A DNA stretch of 63,954 bases, filler included, from Perkinsus olseni (Eukaryota): the NCBI GenBank assembly GCA_013115125.1. It is 4 parts of 4 records of this genome, joined end to end, with 100 filler letters (N's around TTAATTAATTAA, not from the genome) between each part and the next. Parts side by side here need not be neighbours in the genome. Positions count along the whole stretch, not along the records: positions 51,051 to 63,954 come from JABANN010000775.1; 3 more parts are not named here. One strand, written 5' to 3'. A program made the translations under genes and the position numbers. The stretch's first letter is position 1; each line of letters begins with the position of its first letter. Under the pieces are notes generated by a model. The model saw only the letters and a list, made by a program, of their open reading frames with translations. It searched no databases and was not told the origin of the DNA. Of the stretch, positions 51,051 through 63,534 are shown piece by piece.

Positions 51051-52433
51051 CCCCTTGGGTCGCGCCCCCCCACCATTTATCTTTGGGCCCCCCCTCCCCC
51101 CCTATTTTTAACCGCCCCCCCCACCTTTTTTTATCGGGCCCCCCCCCCCCCCCCTTTCGGGCCCCCCCCCCCCCCGGGCCCCCCCCCCCCCCCCCGCCCC
51201 CCCCGCTACCCTGCAAGTGAGTCACCGCATACATGATACCGAGTGAAATAATGTTCTCCTTCAAGGACCACTCCGAAGCGTGTTGAAGCTGGGGGTACGC
51301 AATCATGTGAGAGCTGTCCTGGAGCCTCCAGCACAGCACGGCCTCCCGCCTGGAGGCCCTCCTTCAGGCGGGATGCGGCTGAAAGGCGTTAGCGTGGGTC
51401 AAACCTGGCCGTCGAGACCCTGATGACATCATTGCCGAGTCGAGGCTGCACGTCTGCCGCTTTGAACCAGCAGAATACAGTGATCAGCTCGCAGTGCGAG
51501 CCTCGCACAGGCTATTCTCGTGAAGCAGTAAGTTTCCGCTACACCGTGAGCCTTAAAGCGCGTCATTCTACGGGTTCAAGAAGGAGAAGAAGAAGCAGAA
51601 TAACAACGAACAAAAAGCTATATTTCAAAGGGCTACTTTTTCTAAGCGCGGCCTCGCCTGCCTCGCGTAGCATCGCATACTGTGAGGACAGGCGTGGGAG
51701 AGACCCACGAGATCTTCTTTTTTGCGGGAGTAACTCCGAAATATCCTAACACCGAGTTGTAATTCTTCAGTCTTGATTCGTTGTTTCCAGTCACTGGAAA
51801 CTGGATCACACCACTGTGGTGTGATATGCCCGAGAGCGCTAGTCTTGGTGTTACACCATGGGTAGTCAGTGGGAGTGAGGTTGTCAATCGACCTCTCCAT
51901 GATGTACGCGCCTTCAGAGCGAGCGACGCAGATCTCGGTCAGTCTGGCTGTATCCAAGCTCAGCAGTGACACCTAAGTTCGCTCGGAGGGTTAATCGGCA
52001 AAATGCCGATGGCATTATGCCATGAATGATCTTCCTTTCTGTCAACCTGTGAGTCGCGTTTATGCTTTACGGACTATTTTTGATGGATATGCTTTTCTGT
52101 AGAGAGCCTCTGTGATTCACGTGTATTGCCTGTCGTCCCCGACTTGTCAGCTACTCCGTTCTACACAGATTTTGAACAACTTCAAATCCAGCCTGAATAA
52201 TAATAATTCCAGTCTGAATAATTCGGACGAACTTGATGGATATTCCAGGCTCTGGGATGACTGGTTTGTATTCTTACTCTTCCCGGTTTCTTTAAAAATT
52301 TTTGAGTCGCTTCTTGCGATATTCTTGGAGAACAGTTCATTACCTGGTTTAGTCGAGACCCACATCACGGGCCTTGATTTGTCTCTTTGCGACAGTATCT
52401 TCAAGCTTCACGCTTCAACCGATATACCAAAAG

Positions 52434-54836
52434 ATGGAGTATCCTCTGTCGTCTGCGAAGGGGGAGGTCGCCCAGCTGACAACTACCATCGACGATTATC
52501 TGCAGCACTTCGAGGACTACGGGATAGTTTCTTGCAGGGATCTCACTAAACCGTCATTGGAGAACATGGATGTGATGAGTCGTGGAAGGCCCTATGAGGT
52601 GAGACTGTTGGTTTGTATGGGTCTCTGGTGACCCATTCTGTCACATCCCGAGATGTTCAGCCCACGGTCAGTTGGAACTTCGAACTGAGCGTGGGCTGAA
52701 CTTCAGCCCCTGAAGGGCTTGACGAATCCATACTCCCTTACCCTTTGGCTGAACCCCTTCAAACTTTGAAGAGGTTCACTAAGACGTTCATGAGCGATCC
52801 AGATCTCATTCACGGTTGGCCTCAGCGCGATTTTGTGCTGTTCACAGATTCTATCAGTTGATGACGACCCCATCAACCAAATGGTGATAGCATCAGTACT
52901 GGAGACAGCAGAGTTCGTTGTGCATCAAGCGATGGACGGGTTTGAAGCGTTGGATTTCATGTCCAGCGCCACCACCCTACCAGACCTTATCCTACTTGAC
53001 GTCATGATGCCTGGTACGTTCCTATCATTGATACGCTTGTCTCGAATAGTCGGCGATATCCCCCCAAACCTCGCTTAACCGCGCGCTAGACACAATTTTG
53101 AGATGCTTTAGCTTCTTCATTACCGAGGAATTTCCTCGAGAATTCCTGGTCTCCCTTTATCGTTCATTTTCCTCGGGGGGAAATTAACGATTGCCTATGC
53201 GCTCTTCACTGAGGAGTCCTCAGGGCTGAGCGGCTACGAGGTCTGCGCTAAACTGAGGGCCGATTACCCTCCTGACCTTCCCATTATAATGATATCCGCT
53301 AAGAACTCAAGTGATGACGTCATCAAGGGTCTTAAGTAGGGTAAACTTCAGAGAAGCTCTGTTGACGAGGTCGCTGCAGGTACAAGTGTAATGACTACGT
53401 CACCAAGCCGTTCGAAAAGTCCGAGCTCCTGGCGAGAATAAACACACAAGTCAAACTCCGTCAAATGGTGAATCGTCAGGTAGGACGGTAGCGGCTTCCA
53501 AGGAGCTGAGGCTGAACTTAGGCAAGACACCGTATGGCAGTCGAGGTCCTGCAAAGGATCTTACCTCCTGCTACCGCCAGGAGAATCATCGGTGGAGTCT
53601 ATGATGACTTCGAGAACTACAGGGAGGTTACCATAGTTACTTGGTACGCTAACTCAACGAACGAATGGCGGCTTCGCGCGCTGATCGCCCTGATCATCAT
53701 AGTCTGATATTCGAGGGGCTTCTAACAGCTTCACCTTCAGCTTCATAATAACTCAAGAAGATAATTGCAACCTCCCTTAGCGACTGCCGCTGAGAGTCTC
53801 AGCCTGAGGCATCGCCCGATGATTGAATCTTTCAGCGTGGTAGAAGGCCTGGACTTGAATGACCCACCGGGGGCGATAGCATCTCTCAATAAGTACTTCA
53901 ATGAATTGGACAATGGGTTGAAGGAGAGGGAGGCTCTACTGAAAATGGAATCATGCGACGATTCCTACTCCTTCATATGCGGACTATCTCCAGAGAACGC
54001 GGCTGACCACACCGTCAGTAAGAGAGTTACTTCATCTTGCTTCCGTGTGAAGCATCAGCACTCAGAAGCTCTCGACTTCGCGCGAGCCATGATTGAACTA
54101 GCCGCTGCGACGGTTACTGGCTTAAGAGTCAGAGTTGGCGTCCACGCTATCAGGGGAATGCTAGGAGGACTAATCCGGACGCTCTGCCCGAGGTGACCTG
54201 CTGCCCCTCCATGATGAGCTCGAACCCCAGTAATGGACACTACAGGCTCTGTAGTACAGAGATAGTCGAGAGCAAATGACCAACCTGAATCTGCATGTTG
54301 CGTGTATGCAAACTTTGCATTGCAAATATCTCCGAACTCGTATGCTGTATTACCTGTACAGTACGCCTGTGGATTCGAAGGTCGGGAATTACCTACAGCG
54401 TCTATCGTATTTTAGAGGAATTATTTTTCCAACTTTTTCACTAGCTTTCAGTGGATGCCTGACTTCAAGCCTTGAAGTTCAACACGATATCTGAAAACTA
54501 TGCAACATGACACTAACCAACGCGCACTCTCAGATTAATGTTGTTCAGTGATGAGGTTGAGGAAGCTCGTCATGCAGCAGTGCGCGGTGTCTCCGGTTGT
54601 ATACATCTCAGTAATAATCACCATCCATGCGAAGGAACGCTGAGTTACGGTCATGTCCGACGGACAGCTGTTCCTCTCAGCTCAAGAAGCTAGGGAGAGT
54701 TACGAGAGACAGAAGGCTCCCCTGTGTGATAATCCACCACCGACTTCCGTTGCTGACGAAGGAATCCGCGCGACTGAAGACATCGAGCAGGCAGATATAA
54801 GCGTGGAAGGCTCCATCAAGCCGCCAAGGGCGGTGT
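52434..54836 (+). CDS. Response-regulator receiver domain + signalling helix + degenerate class III nucleotide cyclase; coiled-coil exons probably continue to about 55.7-56.5 kb
   Basis: RPYE|ILSVDDDPINQ...PDLILLDVMMP|GLSGYEVCAKLR...PIIMISAK...NDYVTKPF; then LQRILPPATARRI, YREVTIVTC, KMESCDDSY, LRVRVGVH, PR|LMLFSDEV, GCIHL. Confidence 0.85.
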
Positions 54837-57800
54837 AGGTTTGTCAGACACCGGGAAAGATGCCAAAGTGTGTTAGCTTACCCATTCGTCAACTGTACGA
54901 GGTACGCGTTGGACCCCCGAGGGAGCAGTGAACATTTTAAGAGGGTGGACTGCGCGGGAAAAGAGCGCGATTCAAGAGGTGATACCAATTGGTGTCAGTG
55001 GCAATCGTAGCCTCGACTGCATCACCATTGGTGATCCACAAACCACAGTTGGTGATGCAGTCCGCCACCAACCACAGTTAGCTGAGGAACGTGGCGAGTA
55101 TACCGTGTACTGCGGGAGAAAGTTTCAGTCGATGCAGTGGAGCGATCGAGATCGCCGTCATCTCGTTCATACAGTACTTGCATTTGCTCCTCGCTGCTAG
55201 CCTGGGGATTTGGTGTTCGGACATAACGTCACATGAGGGAGGTATTGAGATAGCTTCGCCTCAGGAGCTCCTATTGGATCCTTTCGATGGCGACCCGTGA
55301 AGAACACCACCGCAGTGCCGGCTGGAAACTCACATAGTGGGAGGAGAATACAGGCTGACAATACTCGAGATGGGCGTGAAGAGAATGATGTTGCTGAGCT
55401 GAGAGCGCGTGTGCAGCAAGTAGGTTTGCGTCGAGTCTGTGTGCCAATTGAGTTGCCTCTGGATACTACAGTATCTCATAGACAGTCAGACTGACTGACT
55501 CAGTCACTGAGTGGGTCGAATAGCCTGTGTCAGCATTCTCGAAGCCGTGTGTCTCCGCTTCGAATGGTGCGTCCTTGGTCTCAGCTTGAAGGCGAGAACT
55601 CGATTCTCCAAGAAAGTATCAGAATTACCACACAGATGACTTACTGGCAGACGTTAAGCGTAGAAGGTAAGGGGAAGACCAACCAACAGCGTCTCGCACT
55701 CCAGTCATGTTCTTGGGGAATCGACCGCGAAAGGCTTTCGCCGAAAGCAGGATGCATCTGGCATATGACGGCAGTCATCATATGCAATAGTCATCAGAGA
55801 CTGGGACCGCTGGTCTCCTGGTATCAGACCGGGCTCAACGCGGCCTTGTCAATGTCAACGCCTGCCCGAGTATCTTCTGAGAAGGGGAGAAATTAAAGCT
55901 CGATGTCTCTCTCCTTCAGAAGATACGCGTGCTCCGATATGCAGTTCTACACTGCACACAACACTGTCTCACACAGTGAGCACAGTTAGAAACTGAGCTG
56001 CACAGAAGTTCAGCTTTTAAAACTGGCATTGCTGTATATAGTCACGAGCGCCTCACGGCAACGAGCGGTTCGACAGGCCTCGAAAATCAGGGGATTCTTC
56101 GCTCCGCCCAGGACTGAACGACGTCGAGGCAGCTACTCCACCCGCACCTAGAGAACTGGATGAGGTACAGCGAGGGATGAACAGTAGCGTGGCGAGAGAA
56201 GGGCACGGGTACCAGCATCTGAGCTCAAGTTGTTGCTCCCCTTCTTCCCTAGTCTCGGGATCCGCGATGGTTAGAGTCGCCCCTCAGCCACCGCGGTTGA
56301 AAATGTGAGCTGATGCCCGGTAGCTGGTTCAGGTCTGGAGCCTGTCTGAGCGCCTCTGGGGCTCCCGGACTCAAATGGAAGTGGCTTGAAGTGGAGAAAG
56401 ACCTGCGCGCCCGACAGGTGGTCACTTGCTGCGATGACTACTACTCTCCAGTCAGAGACGAAGGGATCCCGATTTCCCTACGTCTCGCATGGCCGGATCG
56501 CACTGAATGATTCACTCCGACTGCTCTCCTCAATCGCTCAGGCGTTACGAACTCCCAAAGAGGGAAGCGAGGCCAAGAAGGTAGCGTGATGGTGTCCTGA
56601 CTGCTGCGCCGAATAGTTTTTACTCAGCTTGTCGGAGACTTTCTGGTATGCTTGGAGGAAGCGTGCGAAGTCTGCGATGATGTCGCGAGCCGAGAGTCAC
56701 CGCAGAGCCGGCGTGAGCCCAATCCGGCTACCCCGTACTTCTCGAATGTGTACTTTTCAATTGCAAAATTGTGAATTGCCGATTACGCTGGCAACCGGCA
56801 ACAACACTGAGACGCGAGTTCGTCAATGCCATAAACTCGCGTCCCTCGTGCTCGCGCGACACTTGCATTGGTTCAGCTCACGCGATAGCATTGCCGTCTG
56901 AAACTCGACCGCTATTAGCGCTGATTATCCGTTGTTCGGATACTATAACGACGTGAACTTCGAGCCACAGCCTGGAGCCTCGAGCTCCTCGATCGCAACC
57001 GCCGGGATCACACTGTGTGATCACGATTCTCGCGTGATGACACATGATTATCATGTGTGTGAATCACAGTGATTCACACACCACAATGCGATTTGATATG
57101 CTCGCTCTTGATTGGATCAGCACAGGTTCAGTGGCTAAACGCGAGGTTCCCTGCCTGGATAAGTGGTCCGATTCGGGGAAGACCCAAAATGAACTTAGCA
57201 GGCTATCGGTGAGGCCCAGCTAGGTTGTACCACTGATCATATGGCGTGAGTCATGCCGACCACTTGACGACGTGAAGTTGATAGACAATCTACGAATCGT
57301 AGACTACGATGTTAGATGAATGACTACCGTAGTCTACGGTAGACTACGATGCCACCCTCTACATAAGGCGTACGATTCTCAGTAGTCTCAGGCTGAACAT
57401 CAGCCGCTCAGAAAAGAGAACGAAGCAAGGAGAGGTCGAGAAGTACTTCAAAATGCATGAGGGTATCTTTCGCTTGCGCTTAGGGCACACGAAGCCGACG
57501 CCTCAGCACCTTAACATAAATCAACTGTCCGATGCTGCGGTAGCCGAGTCAATGAGTGATTTGCAGAGCAAAAATGAGAGGATCAGCGCACAGTGAGTCT
57601 TGATCGAGGAAGTAACGTGAACTCTAACTCGTCTTCCGCAGACTGCCAGAGATCAGGTCGGAGACTTCGGCAATACGGACAAGGTTGTTCTCTCGACATC
57701 CTACTCTCCTCGAACTCGAGGAACACGAAGCGATACTCGAAAAGAGGACACGCCATCTGGAGGCATTATCCGAATTCTCCGGGATACTGTAATGATATTC

Positions 57801-58808
57801 CAATCATGACAGACCCTTGAGAATCGTTGATGATCTCATCACATGTGCCGTGTTTGAATTTCAACGGTCATAGCCTTCTTTTGATAACGCTGCTAATAGC
57901 TTCGAATATTGAGTTTGGATGTCAGGGGTTCAACAGTTACTGATAGTGGCACTGACACGGGGTGTTCAGAGAAATAAACCGGAATGCATTATATTCTCTT
58001 GGTCGAGACCTTTGATATGATCAAATTCTCAAAATTTGAATTGGAGAATTTAAATTTCCCTGGCCAAGCCTTGGCGGCCCGCCAAGGCTGTTTCCAAGGT
58101 GGAACAGTGATCTATGATACCTCTCATTCTCGGCCAGAAAAGGTTCCGCTCAGTTTTCGGCGGCAATGCGGCCGCCGCATGAGAGAGACCGCATGCGTCT
58201 CGTCGTACCCGATGTAGGCATTCTCGCTCGCCCGAAGAGACGAGCGAGCCAGTGTGAGGTCACGCCACTGGGGTGTCACGCAGTCGCAGCATGACGTGTT
58301 AGATCTGTAGTTGACAACGCAACCTCCCCCGACTAGATGAATGGAGCTTAATTAGAACGACCGTCCCGGCCTACGGGGCCGGCGGTTTCAGATATACATG
58401 CGAGTATCTTGGCGAGCGATAATAATGCAATAATAAGGAAGCGCAAACAATAGTAGCAACGGTCATATACTCGCATCGTCGTACCCAACAACGTGAGCGT
58501 TCCCCTGCTACTCCCAGCTCAGCTAGGCTCCTGCCGTTCACGTTCTCTAAAGCGTTTCGCAGCAACGCTACATTAAAATGAAAATTCGGGTGAAATGACT
58601 TCTAGAACAGGGGAACGGAGCATGATGAGCAGTCACATTCGAGCTATTGATAGCTCTGTCGTCCTTCTCGGGCAGCACTGTGCACTGCAGTTAGGACTAA
58701 GATTCTGATCAGCCACTGGCCACCCGCTCCCGACTGGTATTCTTGGATAGCTTTGTTTTTTCCGTCGAAGCTTCTCTTGCTCCCTTCAAGACTGGACATT
58801 GATTGCAA

Positions 58809-60305
58809 ATGAGAAGTCCCCTCTGTGCCACAGCCCAGTGCGCCGGTCCAGCAGCAGCTCCCAGTTCGCAGAGTCCCTGTGTTAATAGGCTCCTTCGGGG
58901 CTGCTCCTTATCCACCATCATGTTGGATCGATCTTTCCTTCGTTCCTGTGAGAGCCATGAAGATGCATTCCTGGCCTCGGTACCGGTCAGCTCAGTCAGT
59001 TTTTTCTTGAGCCATTCGTGGTCTGCTGACGGATTCTGGAAACAGATGGCTCTTTTCATCTGCTGCAGTACTAGTCCCGCCTGTAAGGTCACGTTACTCA
59101 CCTCTTTAATTGCAGCGTATGCTCTCCACTCTCCGGCAGGCGGCATCACAATATCCGACCTGATCGTATTAGTCATTGGTTTTCTATCATTTCTGCTCGC
59201 CCTATTCATTGTTCCGCTATTCAAGCATCGCAATACCATGGTCTTTCTCGATAAATGTTGCATTCCACAGAAGGACCCCATTGTCAAGGCCTATGGTATA
59301 TCGAGGCTAGCCGACAACCTGCATGCATCAGACAAGCTACTCATACTCTGGTCTCCTGATTATCTTGATCGCCTGTGGTGCGTCTACGAGTTGGCAGTCT
59401 TCCTGCGGACGCATGATCTGGATGATGTCATCTTGGTGAATATGGATCACTTCAAGCTCTGTGCAACCCTCATGATTCTGCAGTTCTTCAGTATCCTCGC
59501 TCTAGGTCTCACGGAAGATTACGATCCGAGGTCGAAGCTATATGTCGGGTACGTGCTGGTCATAGCGACTAGTCTCCTGATTGGTCGTGGGGCCTTCGGT
59601 TGCAGCCAGGAGTGGCAGAAGTTCTGTTCTAGAGTGAAGCGTTTCAGCGTTCACAAGGCCAAGTGTTCATCTTCAGCGGACTACACTAACCTCAAGCAAC
59701 TCATAAATGATATGTACGGCTCTGAGACAAAGTTCGAAACGGTCGTCAGAGGCCTCTGGTTGGGTGAGGGCCAAAAGAAACACATTCCATCCTGGCTGTT
59801 CTCTGGGGCATCCCTGAGAGTAATTTCTGCGACCTATGTCCCTCTCATCGTTGGTAATATTGTTAAATTTATCGTCAGCGCAGTGAGAGTGGACGCGATA
59901 CCTGCAGCAAGAGTGACTCCTGCAGGTGAAGCCCTTCAGCCCCTGCCGGGGAAGTTACACGCATTACTGTGGAATTCACGTTGCGCAATTATTCCAGTAA
60001 TGATGTTGTGCTTCCGAGCTCCCTTAATGCTGCTCGTAGGCCATGCGCTGGCTTCTTGTCGGATCTCTGAGAAAGTAGGCAGATGGAGTCGTGGTGTCAT
60101 TTTCGCTCTTCGCTTCTGTGCTTACAATTGCCTAACGCAGATGCTATGCGGCTTGCAAATCTTCTATCATCCACTCCGTTCGCCTTCGATAAGCCGACGG
60201 ACGCATGATGCGCTTTTGTGGACAGCCGGAGTCAGCGTTATTACTGTGGTTTCTTTAATCTTACGCCGGTCGTCCGCGTTCGAACTCCTAAATGATTCAT
60301 TTTAG
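58809..60305 (+). CDS. Intronless multi-pass membrane protein with a TIR-like domain
   Basis: FFLSHSW, a two-TM insertion, VFLDKCCIPQ, SDKLLILWSPDYLDRLWCVYEL, then further TM helices. Confidence 0.75.
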   Translation: MRSPLCATAQCAGPAAAPSSQSPCVNRLLRGCSLSTIMLDRSFLRSCESHEDAFLASVPVSSVSFFLSHSWSADGFWKQMALFICCSTSPACKVTLLTSLIAAYALHSPAGGITISDLIVLVIGFLSFLLALFIVPLFKHRNTMVFLDKCCIPQKDPIVKAYGISRLADNLHASDKLLILWSPDYLDRLWCVYELAVFLRTHDLDDVILVNMDHFKLCATLMILQFFSILALGLTEDYDPRSKLYVGYVLVIATSLLIGRGAFGCSQEWQKFCSRVKRFSVHKAKCSSSADYTNLKQLINDMYGSETKFETVVRGLWLGEGQKKHIPSWLFSGASLRVISATYVPLIVGNIVKFIVSAVRVDAIPAARVTPAGEALQPLPGKLHALLWNSRCAIIPVMMLCFRAPLMLLVGHALASCRISEKVGRWSRGVIFALRFCAYNCLTQMLCGLQIFYHPLRSPSISRRTHDALLWTAGVSVITVVSLILRRSSAFELLNDSF

Positions 60306-60676
60306 CCGCTCGGCTGCTCACGTAAAATTCTTCAAATTTTCACCCATATTAATTCCTTCCATTCATACACCGAAAAGTTTGTCGAGTTTTCCAGTGAGGA
60401 GAGCTGACTGGGCTGCTGATGGGTTCGAAGGAAGCAGTCCTCCGCCAAATCATCGTTCCGCGGCGGCACTAATCATGTAGCCGCCGGGTACTACCCGTAT
60501 TACCGCCAACTCGGTCGAACCGACGAACCGAGCAACCTACGGTCGGAGTAACTAACGCTGCTCACGACACTCGATTCAATATAGCGCTAAGTTTCTATAT
60601 GTTTTGGTACGGAGAAACTCAGCAAGCGGATGCATTGATTAAGGATGAGCCGATACAGGGCAGCTCGACTCGTGTT

Positions 60677-63427
60677 ATGGTATCATCTCCTTCTGCTGAA
60701 CAGCGTAGCTCCTGCATCAACGCTTGCATAGAACGGTTGAAGACCACAGTTTACCAGCAGGGGCGAAGCACTGTCTTTGAAGAAACTCGGCGAGCCGTCC
60801 TGGTGGACACGGTCGCCAACGGAGGCTTCAACCCGGTACCCCCCCCTGCGCACCGCCCAACCTGAGATTTCTTGCAGGGCCGCTGCCTCGCTGTTCTGCA
60901 AGACCAGGGCTTGCTGTCGCAGTATCGTCGTAGATTGGCGTTTGAGATAGATGACCATCAATTCAGAGCGCAAAGAGACGCTAGCTTGGAGCAGAGAGGG
61001 TATAAGGCTGGTGAGCTCAACCCGGGGTGGCGTCGAGTGCTTGAGCGAACGGCGTCGAAGTGAATCATTTGAAATTATTCACGAAAAATCAGACTAGCAA
61101 TTCAATGATCGAATTTTGAAAGAAGTCGCGCTATCGTGCTCTCCGTTGCTCAGAAAAAGACGCCCTGTCCGCAGCCCATCGGAGGTTGAGCGAGATTGTT
61201 CTATCAAACCTGCGGCAGCACTTATCGAAAGTGACCAGAGGTCAGCCCTTCGTCCGAGCACGGGAAGCCCGTACTATGAACAGCACCATAGATGGACGAA
61301 TCGAGATGGGACCTATCATCTCAATGGAGGACATTTACATCGCTTTGGTATCCGCTAGAGGGAATCCAGGAGAAGACGCCGCCTTCAGTGACATGTCGAT
61401 AAGTTTGAAGACACCTCCTTTGTCTGAACTCAGAGAGAGGTGAGTCAAACGCGAGCATGGCCCATGAACTCTTCGAGTCGAGTAAATTTCATTTTGTTGA
61501 ATAAGACAGTTTTCTGCCACCATTCAATGATGGCGGTTCAATGACAATGATGATCATTGTGTCATTGTATGAGAGACATTCTAGTGGAAGAACCCCTTTC
61601 TCCGACAGCAACCCAGTGGATAGAAAGTTTCTTAAGTTTAAATTTACGCAGGCCCTAATTCAATTCTCACCTACAGTTGAGGCCGACAGTCGGCCGCCGA
61701 CCAAGCATGAGTTTAAGGTGTTCAGTATCTTGTTGAACCTCGAAGTATATGTTCGCGGTCCACACCATTTCCCGTGCAAGTTTGACCCGTGGACAGGCAA
61801 GAATGACAATGTCACAAGCAAGTTCGACAATGAACACGCAAGTTGGACACATGTCAAATTCGTTAACACCAAGAGTGTCACTGTCAAGTCGTAGTTTGAC
61901 AAGGGCTAAATCATCACATACAACCAAGGGCAAGTTTGACAAGTGCCAATCCAAGTTTGCCAGCGCAGTATTTCCCTCCCAAAACGTGAGCTCGGCGCCA
62001 TTGCCATTGAGAAGAGCCTCGTCTGAAAAGGCCTCGAGTCTCGCATCTTTTTCAGAACCAGGCTCATTCAGTGTGTGGCATACAGAAGGAATCATACCCT
62101 AGTGACTAGGGCCTAGTCCCATTGAAATCCAGTGGCTGGATTAGACTTGCTGTTTCATTTCGTCTCTCACTCCCTTGCACAGTGTCAAAGAGTTCCTTGC
62201 CAGCTCCTCGCTCGGCGATAAATCAGGGTCCTGTCTGGCAATCGCGCAGGCTGTCGGAGAGCCGGTCTGTATAATCTCATTGTTCCTAGGCACAACTCGT
62301 TACACTCCAAAACTGAATAGAAGCTATCAAGTCACCACGACAGATGACCTGTCACAGATACATATCGTTGAACGGCAAAGATAACATAGACGCTGCTGAC
62401 ATCGATGCAACAGACCGCCTCTCATACGCCTGGGAGGCCCATCAAACGAGAACTTTACAGCGAGAATCCGAGGCTGGAGCGCTGATAGCAAGCGGCGCCG
62501 ATCCAGCCAAGATACGCCGATATCTTCGAGGTAGACGGGAATCTCTCGAGTGAGGACGTCAGGAACCTCCCTTGCAGGTGGCGCGCCATCCCAGTCCAGA
62601 CTAGAACTCTGGGCGTTAGCTCTGGACTCAGCAGTACAGCCTGGTGAACTCGAAGATCTCCACGACGGCGTCATTGCGCAGGAGTGGATAACTGATGATA
62701 TAATTCGGTAGCATTAGAAGATGGCATAGTTGGAGTTGACGTTCATCACAGAGACGACGTGGCGGAAAGGACGGCCGACGGCAACTACTTCCCTTTTGAA
62801 GATCTCATCGAATCGCTCTCTCTGACGCTATCCCGTGATCTGTGGGTCGGGACAAATGCCCGCGCAGCACCACATCAATCCATGTCTCCGGATGACGAGG
62901 AAACGTCCGAGGCTGTGCCGCCCTCCTCTCACGTCCCTTTCGAGGGCTGGGCGTGTCTTGCTTGCCCCTTCGCCTATCTTGCCGAGAGTATCAACCCAAC
63001 ACTCTACGGTGTTTACCGGGCCTTCTACTGTCGGTATTGGGTACGGTTAGTTTCGATAGAGGCGGACATCGACTCGCTACCCTACCTTGCTGGCCTCTGC
63101 GAGAATCTTGTATACGATGTAGCGCCGGAACTGGTCGCCCATTTGCAGTCGATCGAGAGTTCGCCGTCCGTGCTTAAAATTGCTTTTCCGTGGATAATCT
63201 GTGGATTCGTCGGGTACATCCGTCCGATGCAATTGCTACTCCTCTACGACCGCATGATCGCGTATGATCGACTTGAGCTCATTGCCATCTTGGCCGCGGG
63301 TATTATTATATCCCGGAGAGAGGCTCTGATGGGTGCTGAGACTATGGACGAAGTCAGAGACGTATTCTCGAATTTGGATTGCATACCGGTCATACCACTC
63401 CTCCAGAACATCATATTTTCTAACTAA
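60677..63427 (+). CDS. TBC1D19: TBC1 domain family member 19-like (Rab-GAP fold), spliced; start uncertain
   Basis: RLELWALAL, DGNYFPFED, YGVYRAFYCRYWVRL, PELVAHL, LKIAFPWI..GFVGY, QLLLLYDRMIAYDRLELIAILA. Confidence 0.75.
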
Positions 63428-63534
63428 TTTGATCTCACGCCAAGTTCAGAGCCATTCGGGTCCCCAACTTCGGGAGACCTCGGGCTGGAACCTGGAGAAT
63501 CACTGTCAGCAACTCATTTTGATGTGTCCTGTCC

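Noticed and set aside
51051-51205. Poly-C/G tract giving a Gly-rich ORF or G-quadruplex
   Set aside because: Homopolymer-rich sequence at a contig edge, typical of low-quality reads.
61777-61961. CRISPR-like repeat-spacer array
   Set aside because: Repeats are only 10 nt, degenerate and irregularly spaced; eukaryotic context with no cas genes.
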